A stretch of 63,146 nucleotides of DNA, the filler included, from Octopus bimaculoides (taxonomy: Eukaryota), in NCBI RefSeq assembly GCF_001194135.2. It is 5 parts of 5 records of this genome, joined end to end, with 100 filler letters (N's around TTAATTAATTAA, not from the genome) between each part and the next. Parts side by side here need not be neighbours in the genome. Positions count along the whole stretch, not along the records: positions 21,508 to 39,167 come from NC_068985.1; positions 39,268 to 45,945 come from NC_068987.1; positions 46,046 to 63,146 come from NC_068992.1; 2 more parts are not named here. One strand, 5' to 3'. The notes beneath the pieces are model-generated. The model made no database searches and was not told the DNA's origin. It saw nothing but the letters and a program-made list of their open reading frames with translations. Made by a program: the position numbers and the translations under genes. Of the stretch, positions 38,060 to 51,155 are shown one piece after another; within the stretch, counting starts at the first letter, position 1, and the number at the start of each line of letters is the position of its first letter.

Positions 38060-38240
38060 TGTAGTGTAGAATATTTTAACATGCTGGTTTCTCCTTTAGT
38101 GATGTGTGAGTAATTAATGCAAATTTCCTACTTTAGGTGTTTCAAGAGATATTGTTCTAGAATAATTCTTCGATTCTAAAGCAAAATCTCAGTCTTAGTG
38201 CATGTAAAACAAACTCAGCTGTGAAAAGAATAAGCTTTAA

Positions 38241-38458
38241 CCCTTTAGCGTTCAGATTAATTTGGCAAAAATAATCCTTATTTATTCACATTTAAAAAAA
38301 TTTATCTGATATTATTTTGTAGCTTCAAGATAGGAAAGATGTAATTTCTTATTTTCAGAATGACATTGCAGGGTAGGTGTGAGATGCTGGTTCTGGCCAG
38401 TTTGAGCATAAAATGTAGAATATTTGGGCCGGATACAGCCGGTTTAAACACTAAAGGG
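38241..38458. mobile_element. piggyBac-like MITE, same family as 37045-37265
   Basis: ttaa|ccctttag ... ctaaaggg|ttaa, shared internal sequence. Confidence 0.85.
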
Positions 38459-40919
38459 TTAATCGCAGTCAAGAGTCAACACTGTAAAAGCTTCAAATGT
38501 TTATATGCTATATGGCTAGTTAATGTATTTCACTCTATTTGAAGAATGTATTGTTATCACAAAAGATTTTAGAGTATTTCATTTGTAAGAAAACTGATCG
38601 TTAGATTTGTTAATTGCTCATGAGTGTTGGAAAGTGAAGTGCTTTTTATTTTTGGTCATGTTGAATGAGACTACATTTGACAAGTCTTCATTACAGAATA
38701 TATTTTAAAGCAAGATGTAGAAAAAAAAATGAAAAATAACCAATATGAGTGTATTTTTAACTGTGACAGGTTTTATTATCTTTTTTTTTTTTTTTTTAAT
38801 CAAAACTTTGAATGAAATAATGCTCTTAGCTTGAGATTATAGAATGAAATAGTCAAGAAGATTTAAAATATTTATGTAACAGTCATACAGTTAGATACAT
38901 CCAAGGAACAGAGAACATTGTGATAGCAATATAGGAAAGAAATAATACAAGTTAAAAGTAAATCAGTGATTTTTTGTAATACAGTTTCACAATGGATGGA
39001 TATATATATACCCCCCCCCCTCTTATCGACCTTATAGCGCATAAAGATTGGGTAGTATATGAAGGTTGTAGGTATTGTTTTTGTCTATGAACTCTGCCAA
39101 ATGCAAGCTTTCTTTTCAGGTTCACGACACTGCTTACCCCCATCCCAGGGTCACACGGGCCCACTCCNNNNNNNNNNNNNNNNNNNNNNNNNNNNNNNNN
39201 NNNNNNNNNNNTTAATTAATTAANNNNNNNNNNNNNNNNNNNNNNNNNNNNNNNNNNNNNNNNNNNNATATATATATATATATATATATACATATATAAT
39301 ATGCATGCGTACGTGTATGTGTGAGTTTGTGTATTTACGTGAATGTTTGTCTTTTGTTTTGTTTTGCCTATAGAAACCGTTGTAATGTCAAAATGACCTA
39401 AAGCTTAATTTGGCAAATTAGTGAACCGGAATCGACAAGATTATTATCACACTGAAGCAAATATTTGGGTAGATATTGCTAACATTTCTATCTATTGTAA
39501 CATATATATCCAATATTGATTTGGTCGAATGAGCAGAACCAGTAAAACTATAAATTGCTATGAAATTAATCATTTCCGGCCTCACTTACAATTACAGGCA
39601 TGTGTTACCTAATTTTACTTGATGATTTACATAAGATAGGGTCTCAGATCAAGTCCCTGTGCAGGAACTTCGCCATTGATATTCGATTCAATACAAACCT
39701 GCTTAACGAATGCATCGAGCTGAAACATCTACAAAATCGTTCTGGTCAGTAGCGTTGCATATGTGTGAGCCACAGACGCCATGTCAGATTGATTCCAATA
39801 CGACAGGTGGCGTTCAGTACAACGTGCTACATTGCATGTCATCTGTGCAGCTTGTATGACAAATACATCAATACTGAAGGATGGGAAATGAGAATGAAAC
39901 TTGTAACGATGGAAACGGCAACGTTTAAATCATATTATCTTGTCCAAGAAACGCTCAGCCTACATCTTCTGGAGATGCGTAGTTGGAAAACGTACTCACA
40001 CGTGAGAAAAACAGTAGTGAAGCGATGCCATTAAGGACTTCATGTAAAGGGCTCTGATAGAGTGTAAAGCTGCATGACCCAACTGCAGAGTGTGGCGAGG
40101 AGGTGTTTTTATCACTGAGGTTGCTAAACCCCAACAATGAATAGGGGTGTATTCACTTCACTTATTCATGATCTCACATGTATCATGGACTAAGGCACCT
40201 AAAATTACTTATAGTTACAGATGATAAAAGAAGCTGGCGAGTTTTGGTCAGATTTGGCCTCAGCAGTGAACTATATTCTACTGAAGTAACAAAACTAGTT
40301 CTTAATATTAAATACAGAAAAGGTGCGAAAGTAATGCACGTCTATACATTACAATGTTTTCACATGGACAGTAACAAAATATAGGAAAGTTGTATTTAGA
40401 AGATGTAAAGGAGATTGTGGTACTATATGATAATATTTTGCTCTGTTGTTCCTTTGTGATTAACTAACGGTGTTGTGAGCTTAATTAAACTATATTGAAA
40501 TGGCTTGATTGCTACTCGGGTACGAGTGTTGTAGGTGTTCTTAATGTTGTTATAATTATTCTTATTTTGTCGTTGTTATTCAGCACTAATATAACCGAGA
40601 CTAAGCATATCACGTGATCCATGATTTTCCTACTTTAATTATGCTATCTATTGTATATACCTGAGCAAACATGTATTTCCTATATCGCGGATGAGAATTT
40701 TCTCGAAAAAAATCATCGGTAGTAGTGAAGTCAATACTAATTAGTAGTAGCCATCTTTTACACACTTACACGTACGCATGCATCTGCAAGAAACAGTTGC
40801 CAAGTATTGAAATATTACTCTGTCACTCAAAGCATCTAAAGAATGCTGTGGGTATATTTACAAAAGACAGGATAGCATACTCAAAGCATGACTTGCGAGA
40901 GAGAATCATTGATAAATAA

Positions 40920-41128
40920 TCTTTTCTACTTTAGGCAGAAGGCCAAAAATTTGGGGGTAGCAGTTGATTAGATCGACCCCAGTAAGCAAGTGATACTTGA
41001 TTTATCGACCCCGAAAGGATGAAATGCAAAGACGATCTCGGCGGAATTTGAAATCAGAACGTAAAGGCAGCGAAATACCGGTAAGCATTTCGCCTGGCGT
41101 GCTAACGTTACTGCCAGCTCGCCGCCTT
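40920..41128 (-). mobile_element. SINE family A, full length
   Basis: Reverse complement begins aaggcggcgagctggcag. Confidence 0.85.
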
Positions 41129-43508
41129 AACCAACGATGAATAATGACAAAACTCTCCGTACTGTAACTTGTAATGTCATTATTATACCGTTTCTCTTTC
41201 CAGGTAGTCTATATAACCTGTTATATATATATATATATATACATATATTTAGCTAAGTGGAAAAGAGGTACGTAGGAAAATAGTAATGAAATGAAATTTT
41301 CCTCTTGCTAACAAAGTGTTAGGCGCATGATAATATTATTTAAACGTTGTACTTTTCTGGTTTGGTCATCCCCACAACACATTCATTCCGCAACGACGTA
41401 GTTTTGTGTTCACTTCTACCGCACAGTACCCTGTGCAAGTATTTTTTGATGTTGTCGCAAGCTGTCAACTATTTTGTGACGAAATTTGGTTCAGGAAATT
41501 GCGTGGAAGCTTGTCCTATATGAGTGTGTGTAAGTGTGTTTATGTATATGTGTGTGTGTAGGTGGCAGTGCGTGCGTGTATTTATGTGTGCGTACTCCTT
41601 CGTGTATATTTGTGTGTGAGTGGATATGTGGCTGCCTTTTCGTATTTCTCATTTATTGCATGACAATCGATGTTGCCGAAAATATTTAGCGGATTCGCAA
41701 AACAGAACGGTAGATATAATGTCAATCTTCAACTAATTAATGATCACGATTTCTTCAACTAAAATATTTGATTCAGTGCTACAGCATGGCCGGACTGCAA
41801 GGACTGAAACAAATGTATGTGTAAGCTCTGTGATAAATGGATAAATTTAACAGTAATTATTAGAAACCATCAGAAAAATAGGAGAAAAGATTTTATTTGA
41901 AATTGCCTACACAAGGCAATGTTGACCGGGGAGTAACGAAATGTTATTGAGAGAACGAAGTTTAATGATTATATATTATTGTTTACCACATCGATACCGC
42001 CGGTATGAAACAATACAGACACACTTACACCAGTATACAAAATACATGTGCACATACACACACGCACACATATTCAACCACACACAGACACACACACATA
42101 CACACACACGCACATACACACACCTACACAAGCACACATAAAGACGGTTATACGGTGCCGAAATAAACAGATATTAAAGGAATGAAAACAGAAATCATAA
42201 CTGAAAATAACAATTCTTCATCTATACACATACATATATGTGTGTGTCTGTGTGCATATAAATATATATATATATATATATATANNNNNNNNNNNNNNNN
42301 NNNNNNNNNNNNNNNNNNNNNNNNNNNNNNNNNNNNNNNNNNNNNNNNNNNNNNNNNNNNNNNNNNNNNNNNNNNNNNNNNNNNNNNNNNNNNNNNNNNN
42401 NNNNNNNNNNNNNNNNNNNNNNNNNNNNNNNNNNNNNNNNNNNNNNNNNNNNNNNNNNNNNNNNNNNNNNNNNNNNNNNNNNNNNNNNNNNNNNNNNNNN
42501 NNNNNNNNNNNNNNNNNNNNNNNNNNNNNNNNNNNNNNNNNNNNNNNNNNNNNNNNNNNNNNNNNNNNNNNNNNNNNNNNNNNNNNNNNNNNNNNNNNNN
42601 NNNNNNNNNNNNNNNNNNNNNNNNNNNNNNNNNNNNNNNNNNNNNNNNNNNNNNNNNNNNNNNNNNNNNNNNNNNNNNNNNNNNNNNNNNNNNNNNNNNN
42701 NNNNNNNNNNNNNNNNNNNNNNNNNNNNNNNNNNNNNNNNNNNNNNNNNNNNNNNNNNNNNNNNNNNNNNNNNNNNNNNNNNNNNNNNNNNNNNNNNNNN
42801 NNNNNNNNNNNNNNNNNNNNNNNNNNNNNNNNNNNNNNNNNNNNNNNNNNNNNNNNNNNNNNNNNNNNNNNNNNNNNNNNNNNNNNNNNNNNNNNNNNNN
42901 NNNNNNNNNNNNNNNNNNNNNNNNNNNNNNNNNNNNNNNNNNNNNNNNNNNNNNNNNNNNNNNNNNNNNNNNNNNNNNNNNNNNNNNNNNNNNNNNNNNN
43001 NNNNNNNNNNNNNNNNNNNNNNNNNNNNNNNNNNNNNNNNATATATATATATATATATATATATATACGTCTGAACGTATATTAAATAACACATTATCGA
43101 AATTATATCTTACACAGTCTGCCTGTACATTTGTTCTATGTCATTGTAAGCAAATTGAAGGACTGGTTAATAATCAGCAAAACTATATTCTATTAGTTCA
43201 ACATTTGTTTCAGTCCATTATCATCGAAGATATTTGCACATGAATGCAGCTGTTTTAAATATATATAAAATTCTAATCAGATGGCGTTTGGGTAAATTAA
43301 CCATGTAATCTGTACACAAATACACACAAGATACTCAGCGACACACATGTACATATACACTTAGACAAACACATGTAAACAACTCGTAAAATTTATATAC
43401 GAGTTGATGTATATGTGCTTGTGCCGTTTGTGCGTTTGTGTCTATATATGTGTTTACCTCCAAATTCATATATAAACATACAGACATATAAACACACACA
43501 CGCACGCA

Positions 43509-43557
<49 letters not shown>

Positions 43558-43739
43558 ATATAATATAATACGATTTATATGTACCTGCGTGGTAGGAAGC
43601 TTGCTTCCCAACAACATCGTCCTGGGTTCAATCTCGCTGCGTGACACCAAAGCCTTGTAATTGGATTTGGTTATACGAAGACCGAAAGAAGACAGTTGTA
43701 TATATATGTGTTTCTGTGTATGTGTATGTGCGTGTGTGC

Positions 43740-44821
43740 CGTACCAGGCAGTGGCTCTCTGATGCAGTACCAGGCAGTAGCTCTTATGGCTTTTGATCTT
43801 AACTGATTGGAAATATTAACATGTTTTTTCTTGGTATAAAAGATGGGCTACGGCAAATATTATGCTTAATACCTCTGATTTGCTTGTCAGTTGTTTGACC
43901 ATAACCAGTTGATGATGTCCCTGACGATATGAGCATCACAGTTCATGAGCGGAAGTGGTGGCGGGGACCATCATAACCATGTGTTGAAAATAATTCTTTG
44001 GGATTTGAATAATTCAGCTCTGGAAACATAGGTGTTTTCTTCAGCATCCTTTAAACAAACCTTATTCAAGGCCCTTTTGAACGGAATGGGCTACTCAATC
44101 TGAAGAAAAGTTTACCTGGGCCCCTCCTACAAGATCACCACGTCACGTAGATATGGTTGTGATGCATGTGAACTGGTGTGTTCTTATCATACGGGTAGTC
44201 ATGATGACCTTCTTAAATTTTACTCTAGCGTCACTTTGATAGCATTCGCTGCTTTCTCACTCAACAATGATGCAGTACCAGGCAGTGGCTCCCGTGGTTT
44301 TTGATCTTAATTGATTGGAAGTGTTATCATGTACATTGTTTTGTCTTGGTATAAAAAGATGGTCTACAGCAAATATTCTGCTCAATACCACAAATTTGCT
44401 CGCCAGTTGCTTGACCTTAACCAGTTGAGCATGTCCCTTGGTAGCTGACGATATATGCATCTCTGATCATGTGCAGAAGTAGTGGGGGATCATCATAGCC
44501 ATGTGTTGAGAGGAATTATTTGGGGTCTGAATAATTCATCATTGGAAACATGGGTGTTTTGCTCAACATCCTTAAGCAAACCTTGTTCCGGGACCTTTTG
44601 AGCGGGATGGGCTCCTCAACCTGAAGAAAATTGTAACAGGGCCCCACCTGCGAGGTCAAGCGCCGTTTATATTGATATGAGATCACCATGTCACGCATAT
44701 ATGGTTGTGATGCACGTGAACCGGTGTCTCCTTGTGACGGGTAGTCATGATGGCCTTCGTAAATTTTACTCCAGTGTCACTTTGATGGCATTCGCTGCGC
44801 TCTCACTCAACAATGATGATG

Positions 44822-44878
<57 letters not shown>
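43740..44878 (+). mobile_element. Head-to-tail dimer of a ~0.5-kb retroposon-like repeat with (AAT)n tail
   Basis: Units at about 43765-44270 and 44271-44815 both start gcagtaccaggcagt.gctc and end ctctcactcaacaatgat. Confidence 0.8.
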
Positions 44879-44880
<2 letters not shown>

Positions 44881-45152
44881 GCTGGTTCTGATAATGATGA
44901 TGAATATCATCATTGTAATGATGCTCCTTAAGATGCTGCTGCTGATGATGTTGATGATGATGATGAATATGATAATGATGATCATGAAAAATAATTAGTA
45001 TTACTGTTCGTATTATTTTTATTATCATTGTTGCTGTTGTTATTCTGCTTCTTCCTGCATTCCTGTTTTGACAGCGAACAAAGTGGTTTGTTTACATATA
45101 TATTTTTTTTTAATTCCCTCAACCCACGCGCGTTTGTGCAATTAGAGAGAGA

Positions 45153-45218
<66 letters not shown>

Positions 45219-45705
45219 GAGTGATGGAAAGAGAGAGAGAAAGAGAGACAGAGAGTGGGAGAGGCAGGCAGACTATTTATTTCTAGACTGCAATGAAGGG
45301 AAGTGTAGGAAGCAGTGACATGATTATAAGCGTTATATAATAGAATACTGCGACAAGACAATGAAATAATGTTTGGTTGATGTTAAACGTTTTAATATTC
45401 AACCATTTCTATAACTTCCTTCCGTCAATGTATCTATGTAGATAGACAGGTTCATTGATGGATAGAAGATAGAGCGTTGGATAGCTAGATACAGCGACAC
45501 ATAATAACCATAGTTACATAATATAACCTGAGTAAACAAGTGAAGATGTTACTTTTACTTTTTGATATATTAATATGTTACAGCCCAAAAGTTTTGACCA
45601 TGCTGGCGCACTGGAATTTCTTTTTTATTTTTGTTTGTTTCTTGGGGTTCTTCAGTTTAAATGTTTGTCCGTATTGTTTGAGTGGACAGATATGTAAGTA
45701 GAATA

Positions 45706-45710
45706 TGATT

Positions 45711-45743
<33 letters not shown>

Positions 45744-45748
45744 CTAAT

Positions 45749-45787
<39 letters not shown>

Positions 45788-45792
45788 CTAAT

Positions 45793-45834
<42 letters not shown>

Positions 45835-45945
45835 GATAGATAGATAGATAGGTTTCTTTATTAGCCACACAGGGCTCAACACAGAGGGGACAAAATACAA
45901 ATGTAGAGTTTTTCTTTTCGAGGGGGTCGAAAACAAAGCAGAAAA
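45706..45945 (-). mobile_element. Probable LINE/SINE 3' end with (TATC)n tail
   Basis: Minus strand reads ..gtggctAATAAAgaaac followed by (ctat)n; the tail contains a duplicated 'gctaatta' interruption. Confidence 0.5.
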
Positions 45946-46960
45946 NNNNNNNNNNNNNNNNNNNNNNNNNNNNNNNNNNNNNNNNNNNNTTAATTAATTA
46001 ANNNNNNNNNNNNNNNNNNNNNNNNNNNNNNNNNNNNNNNNNNNNATATATATATATATATAATTTATATTATTATATCATTGAATGCCACGCATCGTCT
46101 TCCAAGTAATTTTTCTCTTAATAATTCTGACGCGCATTCTATACGATCTTTTTTACTCTTTCGCTTTTCTCTCTTTCTCTCTTATTCTTTTACATCCTCT
46201 TCTCTCACTATTATATCCTATTACTCTGTCACTCTCTCTCTCTCTTTCTCTCTCTATCTGTCTCTCTCTGTCTCTCTCTGTCTCTCTCTGTCTCTCTCTC
46301 TCTCTTTCACTCCTCTTCTCTTGCTCACGTGGCTCCCACGTGACCATCGGCCAACTTTCTTTCTTCTAAATTGTGTTTCTTTCTTTCTCTCCGTTGTAGC
46401 TGGAACAAGAAAGATGTGTTCTTGTCTGTCTCCTGTCCAAGCTTGATTTATGCGTTCGCCACTACAACTTCATTTAGGCTTAGCATCCCTTCCTGTTTGT
46501 TTTCACTTTCCTGCTTGTGTTACCAATTTTGACCCTCCGCAAAATCCCAAATTTTATTTAATTTGCTTTGCGCGAGCAACTGTTTTATCGGAAGCGTATA
46601 TTGTTGTTAAATGCTCGAAATACAAGAATAGAAAAACAGCCAACAACTGATGAAGGGTCGATCTTTATTTTGTTTGTCTTGTTTTGCAATTGTGTCTTTC
46701 GTTGTTCAAAAAAAAAATAGTTCATATTCAATGTACACGTGCTTTGTATTTTTTTTGTCGTACACGTTTCATGACGTCCTGTGCCAACATATGCATGTAG
46801 ATATACGTATAAATGTATGTACATATACGTATGTATGTATGCATATATATATNNNNNNNNNNNNNNNNNNNNNNNNNNNNNNNNNNNNNNNNNNNNNNNN
46901 NNNNNNNNNNNNNNNNNNNNNNNNNNNNNNNNNNNNNNNNNNNNNNNNNNNNNNNNNNNN

Positions 46961-47001
<41 letters not shown>

Positions 47002-47002
<1 letters not shown>

Positions 47003-48594
47003 TCTATCAAATTGTTGCTCCTCAAGTTTATCGTGAACATGTGATCAGTTTGGCTCATGACACTCCATTAGCAGGTCATTTAGGAGTTAACAAAACTTGT
47101 GATAGGATTTTGGCTCATTTCTTTTGGCCTAGATTACGTTAGGATGTATCACAGTTTTGTAAGACTTGTCATGCTTGTCAGGTGGTAGGAAAGCCCAATC
47201 AGAATATCCCTCCTGCCCCATTAAAGCCCATTCCCGCATTTGAAGAGCCATTCAGTAGAGTCATTATTGATTGTGTTAGCCCATTGCCACAAACTAAGTC
47301 TGGACATCAGTATCTGTTGACAATTCTGTGCGCGTCAACGAGGTTCCCTGAGGCTATCCCACTGAGAAAGATTAAAGCTCCTGTGGTAGTTAAGGCTTTG
47401 ATCAAGTTTTTCACTATGGTTGGTTTGCCTAAAGAGGTTCAGTCTGATCAAGGGTCTAATTTCATGTCAAGTTCGTTTCAACAGGCAATGTATGAGTTGG
47501 GAATTAGACAGGTTAAGTCTAGTGCTTACCATCCGGAGTCCCAAGAGGCATTGGAAAGATTTCATCAGACTCTTAAAAACATGATCAGAGTTTATTGCTT
47601 TGAAACAGAGAAAGAATGGGATGAAGGCATTCAGTTGTTGTTGTTTGCCGTTAGGGAGTCAGTTCAGGAGTCATTAGGATTTAGTCCCTTTGAGTTAGTT
47701 TTTGGTCACACTGTCAGGGGCCCACTCAAACACTTGAAAGAATCATGGCTTAATGACCAAATCACAATTGGACTTGCTAGACTATGTGTCTACTTTTCGA
47801 AACAGACTTTCCAAAGCTACTGAGGTTGCCAGAGAACATCTGAAGAAATCACAGGACAAAATGAAAGCCATTTATGACAAAAACTGTAAAGCTCGAAATT
47901 TCAGTCCTGGTGACAAGGTTTTGGTGTTACTAACGATTCCTGGTCAACCACTTAGAACCAAATACCATGGTCCATATTTGATTGAGAAGAAAGTCAGTGT
48001 TACTGACTACATTGTTCAAACTCCAGGCCGCAGAAAACAAAAACGCCTTTGTCACATGAACATGATTAAAAAGTATTATGACAGGTCTAAAAGAGTGCCA
48101 CCAAAAGTCATTGCTATTGCCTTTGCTATCGATCCTGATTCAGACAAGTTGATAGAAGAATGTGAGCATTTAAAATTTGATGATTTGGCTGAGAAGGCTA
48201 ACCCAAGGTTAAAAAATTCTGAAGTGTTAGCAAATATTCTTGAAAAGATAGCTCACATTACTCCAGAACAACAATGTCAATTGCCGGATTTGCTTCGTGA
48301 ATATTTATTTCCGGATATACCTGGTCGTACCGATTTAGTTAGTCATTATATTGATGTTGGTGATTCAAAACCTGTTAAATAACATCCTTATCGACTTAAC
48401 CCACTTAAGTCGGAACATCTCCGAAAAGCGGTCACCTACATGTTGGAGAATGACATCATTGGACCAAGTGACAGTGAGTGGAGCTCGCCGTGCATCCTAG
48501 TACCGAAGCTTGATGGTACTTTTCGCTGTTGTCTAAGACAGATTCATACCCATACCAATAATTGATGACAGTATAGATAGAATCGGTAAAGCCA
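47002..48594 (+). mobile_element. Ty3/Gypsy pol fragment, Gmr1-type order (integrase then reverse transcriptase)
   Basis: HHCC (AHDTPLAGHLG..CKTCHAC), DDE core (IIDC..SDQGSNF..ERFHQTLK), GPY/F (KYHGPY), then RT N-terminus (HPYRLNP..EWSSPCILVPKLDGTFR..KTDSYP.P.IDDSIDRIGKA). Stops at 47140 and 48380, frameshift near 47760. Confidence 0.92.
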
Positions 48595-48887
48595 GTCCTG
48601 AAAAGAGGAAAATTAGTTAAAAGTAGCAACATCACACTAGATAAAANNNNNNNNNNNNNNNNNNNNNNNNNNNNNNNNNNNNNNNNNNNNNNNNNNNNNN
48701 NNNNNNNNNNNNNNNNNNNNNNNNNNNNNNNNNNNNNNNNNNNNNNAATCCTTTCTATATTAACCAAAATGAAGTAGATTGACAAGTTTATTTTTTGAAC
48801 CGGTTGAAATATCGTTCACTAGATAACAATGGCACTCTTCTTTTAATTTTGACTTTATATCTTCACGGGAGTTACCTCAATCCTTTC

Positions 48888-48945
<58 letters not shown>

Positions 48946-49059
48946 GCATAAACTGGCTGGACATGACAGCGGCTGGACGTGTTCTTCGCTGCTCTGACCA
49001 GTCACCAGCTGAAGACACAGAAACACTAATACAACCCTAAAAGACTGGATTATCTACAG

Positions 49060-49990
49060 TTTCCTGTGAGTATTTTGAATTTCCCTCAAAATAAGTTAAG
49101 GAACTTACATATCTACAGCTTTCGAACACATAAGCAAACAGCTTTAAAACCTTTAATATCTACACCTTCTGTGAATACCTATCATTTTTCCTTTCCCCCT
49201 GAATATTCGAAAATGTAAACATCCTTTTTATTGTAAAAAAAAACCCACCAGTTTTCTCTGAACGGACATACAAATGAACACCTCAAAAAATTTAGAAACT
49301 TTGATATCTACAATTCGATATTTCCACTTTGTCTTCCTTTCTTCCCTGACTAACAGAATATGTAAACATGCCTTTTATTGTAACAACACAATTAAATGCA
49401 CGATAAAAAATTAAGGAAGTAAGCACCTGCCTATATATACATACTGCACAACTACAAAAACTAAACCACAGCAAAACTTTTAAAAAGAAAAGAAAAATTC
49501 CAAAAGATAAAGAAATTCAGAAATTCAACAATCCAAGGTGAACATCTCTTTCTCCTACTATTCCCAAAGACTGGAATTTTCTGTGAATATTTTAACTTAC
49601 CCTCAAAATAAAATACGTTAGGAAACCTAAATACCTACAGCTTTCGAACACACAAACGATCCTCCTTTTTATTCTAAGAACACTACCATTTTCTCTCTGT
49701 GCGGTCATACAAAAGACCAAATTTAGTAAATCGTAAAACTTTACTATCTACAACTTGTTTTCTTTTCATCTTCACTCTCCCTGAGTATTCGAAAATGTAA
49801 ACATCTTTTTCATTGCAAAAGTCCTACTGTATTCTCCAACTGGATAGACAAAAGAACATCTCAAGAAAACTTAAAAACTTTAATATATTACCCAAATACG
49901 TAAACACATCATTTTTTGCAACAACACAATTGAATTCAGAAATTCAAAAATTCAACGACGTGAATATCAGTATAGCAAACAGTAGTCTGT
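49060..49990. repeat. Diverged AT-rich tandem duplication with internal sub-repeats
   Basis: Blocks 'ccctcaaaataa..ctacagctttcgaacaca' at about 49083 and 49599; 'ccctga.tattcgaaaatgtaaacatc' at about 49197 and 49779. Confidence 0.65.
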
Positions 49991-50019
49991 CCAAAACAGG
50001 CAGAACTCGTCATTTCAGT

Positions 50020-50330
50020 TAGGGAAGTGAAGGAAATCAGCAAAAAAATGAGCAACTGGAAGGCCCCGGGACCAGATGGAGTTCAAGGCTACTGGATCAA
50101 AAGATTTGGTGAATGTCGTGCCCGAATAGCCACGCAACTCAACACCATGTAAAATGCCGACCAATGAACACCAGAGTGGTTGACATTGGGTAGGACAGTG
50201 CTGTTCCTGAAAAACATCGAAAAAGACAACACGGTAGACAATTACAGGCCGAAATCCTGTTTGCCACTTATGTGGAAATTATTGACCGGAATACTTGCAG
50301 AGTCAATGTACGAACATCTGGGAAAAAAAT
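50020..50330 (+). mobile_element. R4/Dong-like non-LTR retrotransposon RT fragment
   Basis: [57 protein letters not shown] further short piece VLKRGKLVKSSNITLD lies at 48596-48646. Confidence 0.85.
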
Positions 50331-50664
50331 TTCTGAACTTTCACTCACCTTTCAATGAACTCACTCAAGGACAGCACTTCTCTCTCCACCTTCAATTTCC
50401 TTTTCAAATAAAACTTGACAAAGTCAATGAGACCTCTCCCAAAGAAGAATATATCTGTCCTCATGCCTTTCAGTCTCATCCACCAGACAAGCTCTTTCGC
50501 CACAACCACTAGGCAAAGGAAAGGTATCTTTCCTGTCCGATTTAAGGAGGGCGCGGGGAAATCATCACTATGGAGTCGACTGATAGATGTATTCATCCAA
50601 CATACAAACTTGAACGCAAACACATGAATATGCAGAATACATACATACAAACGTACACACATGC

Positions 50665-50705
<41 letters not shown>

Positions 50706-50949
50706 TACGCACACACATACAGACATTCATACATACATGCACGCACACATACATACATACATACATACATACATACATACAAACAAACATACATGATACA
50801 TACATACATATGTGTATACATACGTGTACACACTTGCATACTGACGCACACACATGCGCACCGACAAAGAAACAAACAAAAAGAACGCAGTTCTGATAAC
50901 GGACAGAGTCAACGACGATTGAAGAGGTTGCAAGAAGCAACGAAATTTA

Positions 50950-51155
50950 TAGAAAAAATAAGTTTGACTGAACACTATTCAATTTTTTTCTCCGTGTTTT
51001 TCTCCTTGTTTTCTCCGTATTCTTTCTGTTGAAGAGCGTAGCTCGAAACGTCAAAGACTTTCCGTATTCCCGAGCGTCATACTAATACATCCTTTTGTTA
51101 TTTACACCACCTGTCCTCGTCTGTTGTTGTTTTTTTCGTACATTCTCCCATATAT
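50950..51155 (+). mobile_element. Short non-autonomous PLE-like element carrying a hammerhead variant
   Basis: Same family as 21150-21365. Confidence 0.65.
51021..51057 (+). ncRNA. Minimal hammerhead-like motif, core variant CUGUUGA
   Basis: tcttt-CTGTTGA-a-gagc[gta]gctc-GAAA-cgtc-aaaga; GUC triplet, 5-bp stem I. Confidence 0.62.

Noticed and set aside
39120-39168. Candidate phase-1 exon after a strong acceptor (GSRHCLPPSQGHTGPL...)
   Set aside because: Runs into a gap after 49 nt with no recognisable similarity; cannot be supported.
40501-40617. Hydrophobic stretch DCYSGTSVVGVLNVVIIILILSLLFS as contactin GPI-signal exon
   Set aside because: In-frame stops lie just upstream and there is no good acceptor in the needed phase that leaves a spacer; T-rich DNA yields such stretches by chance.
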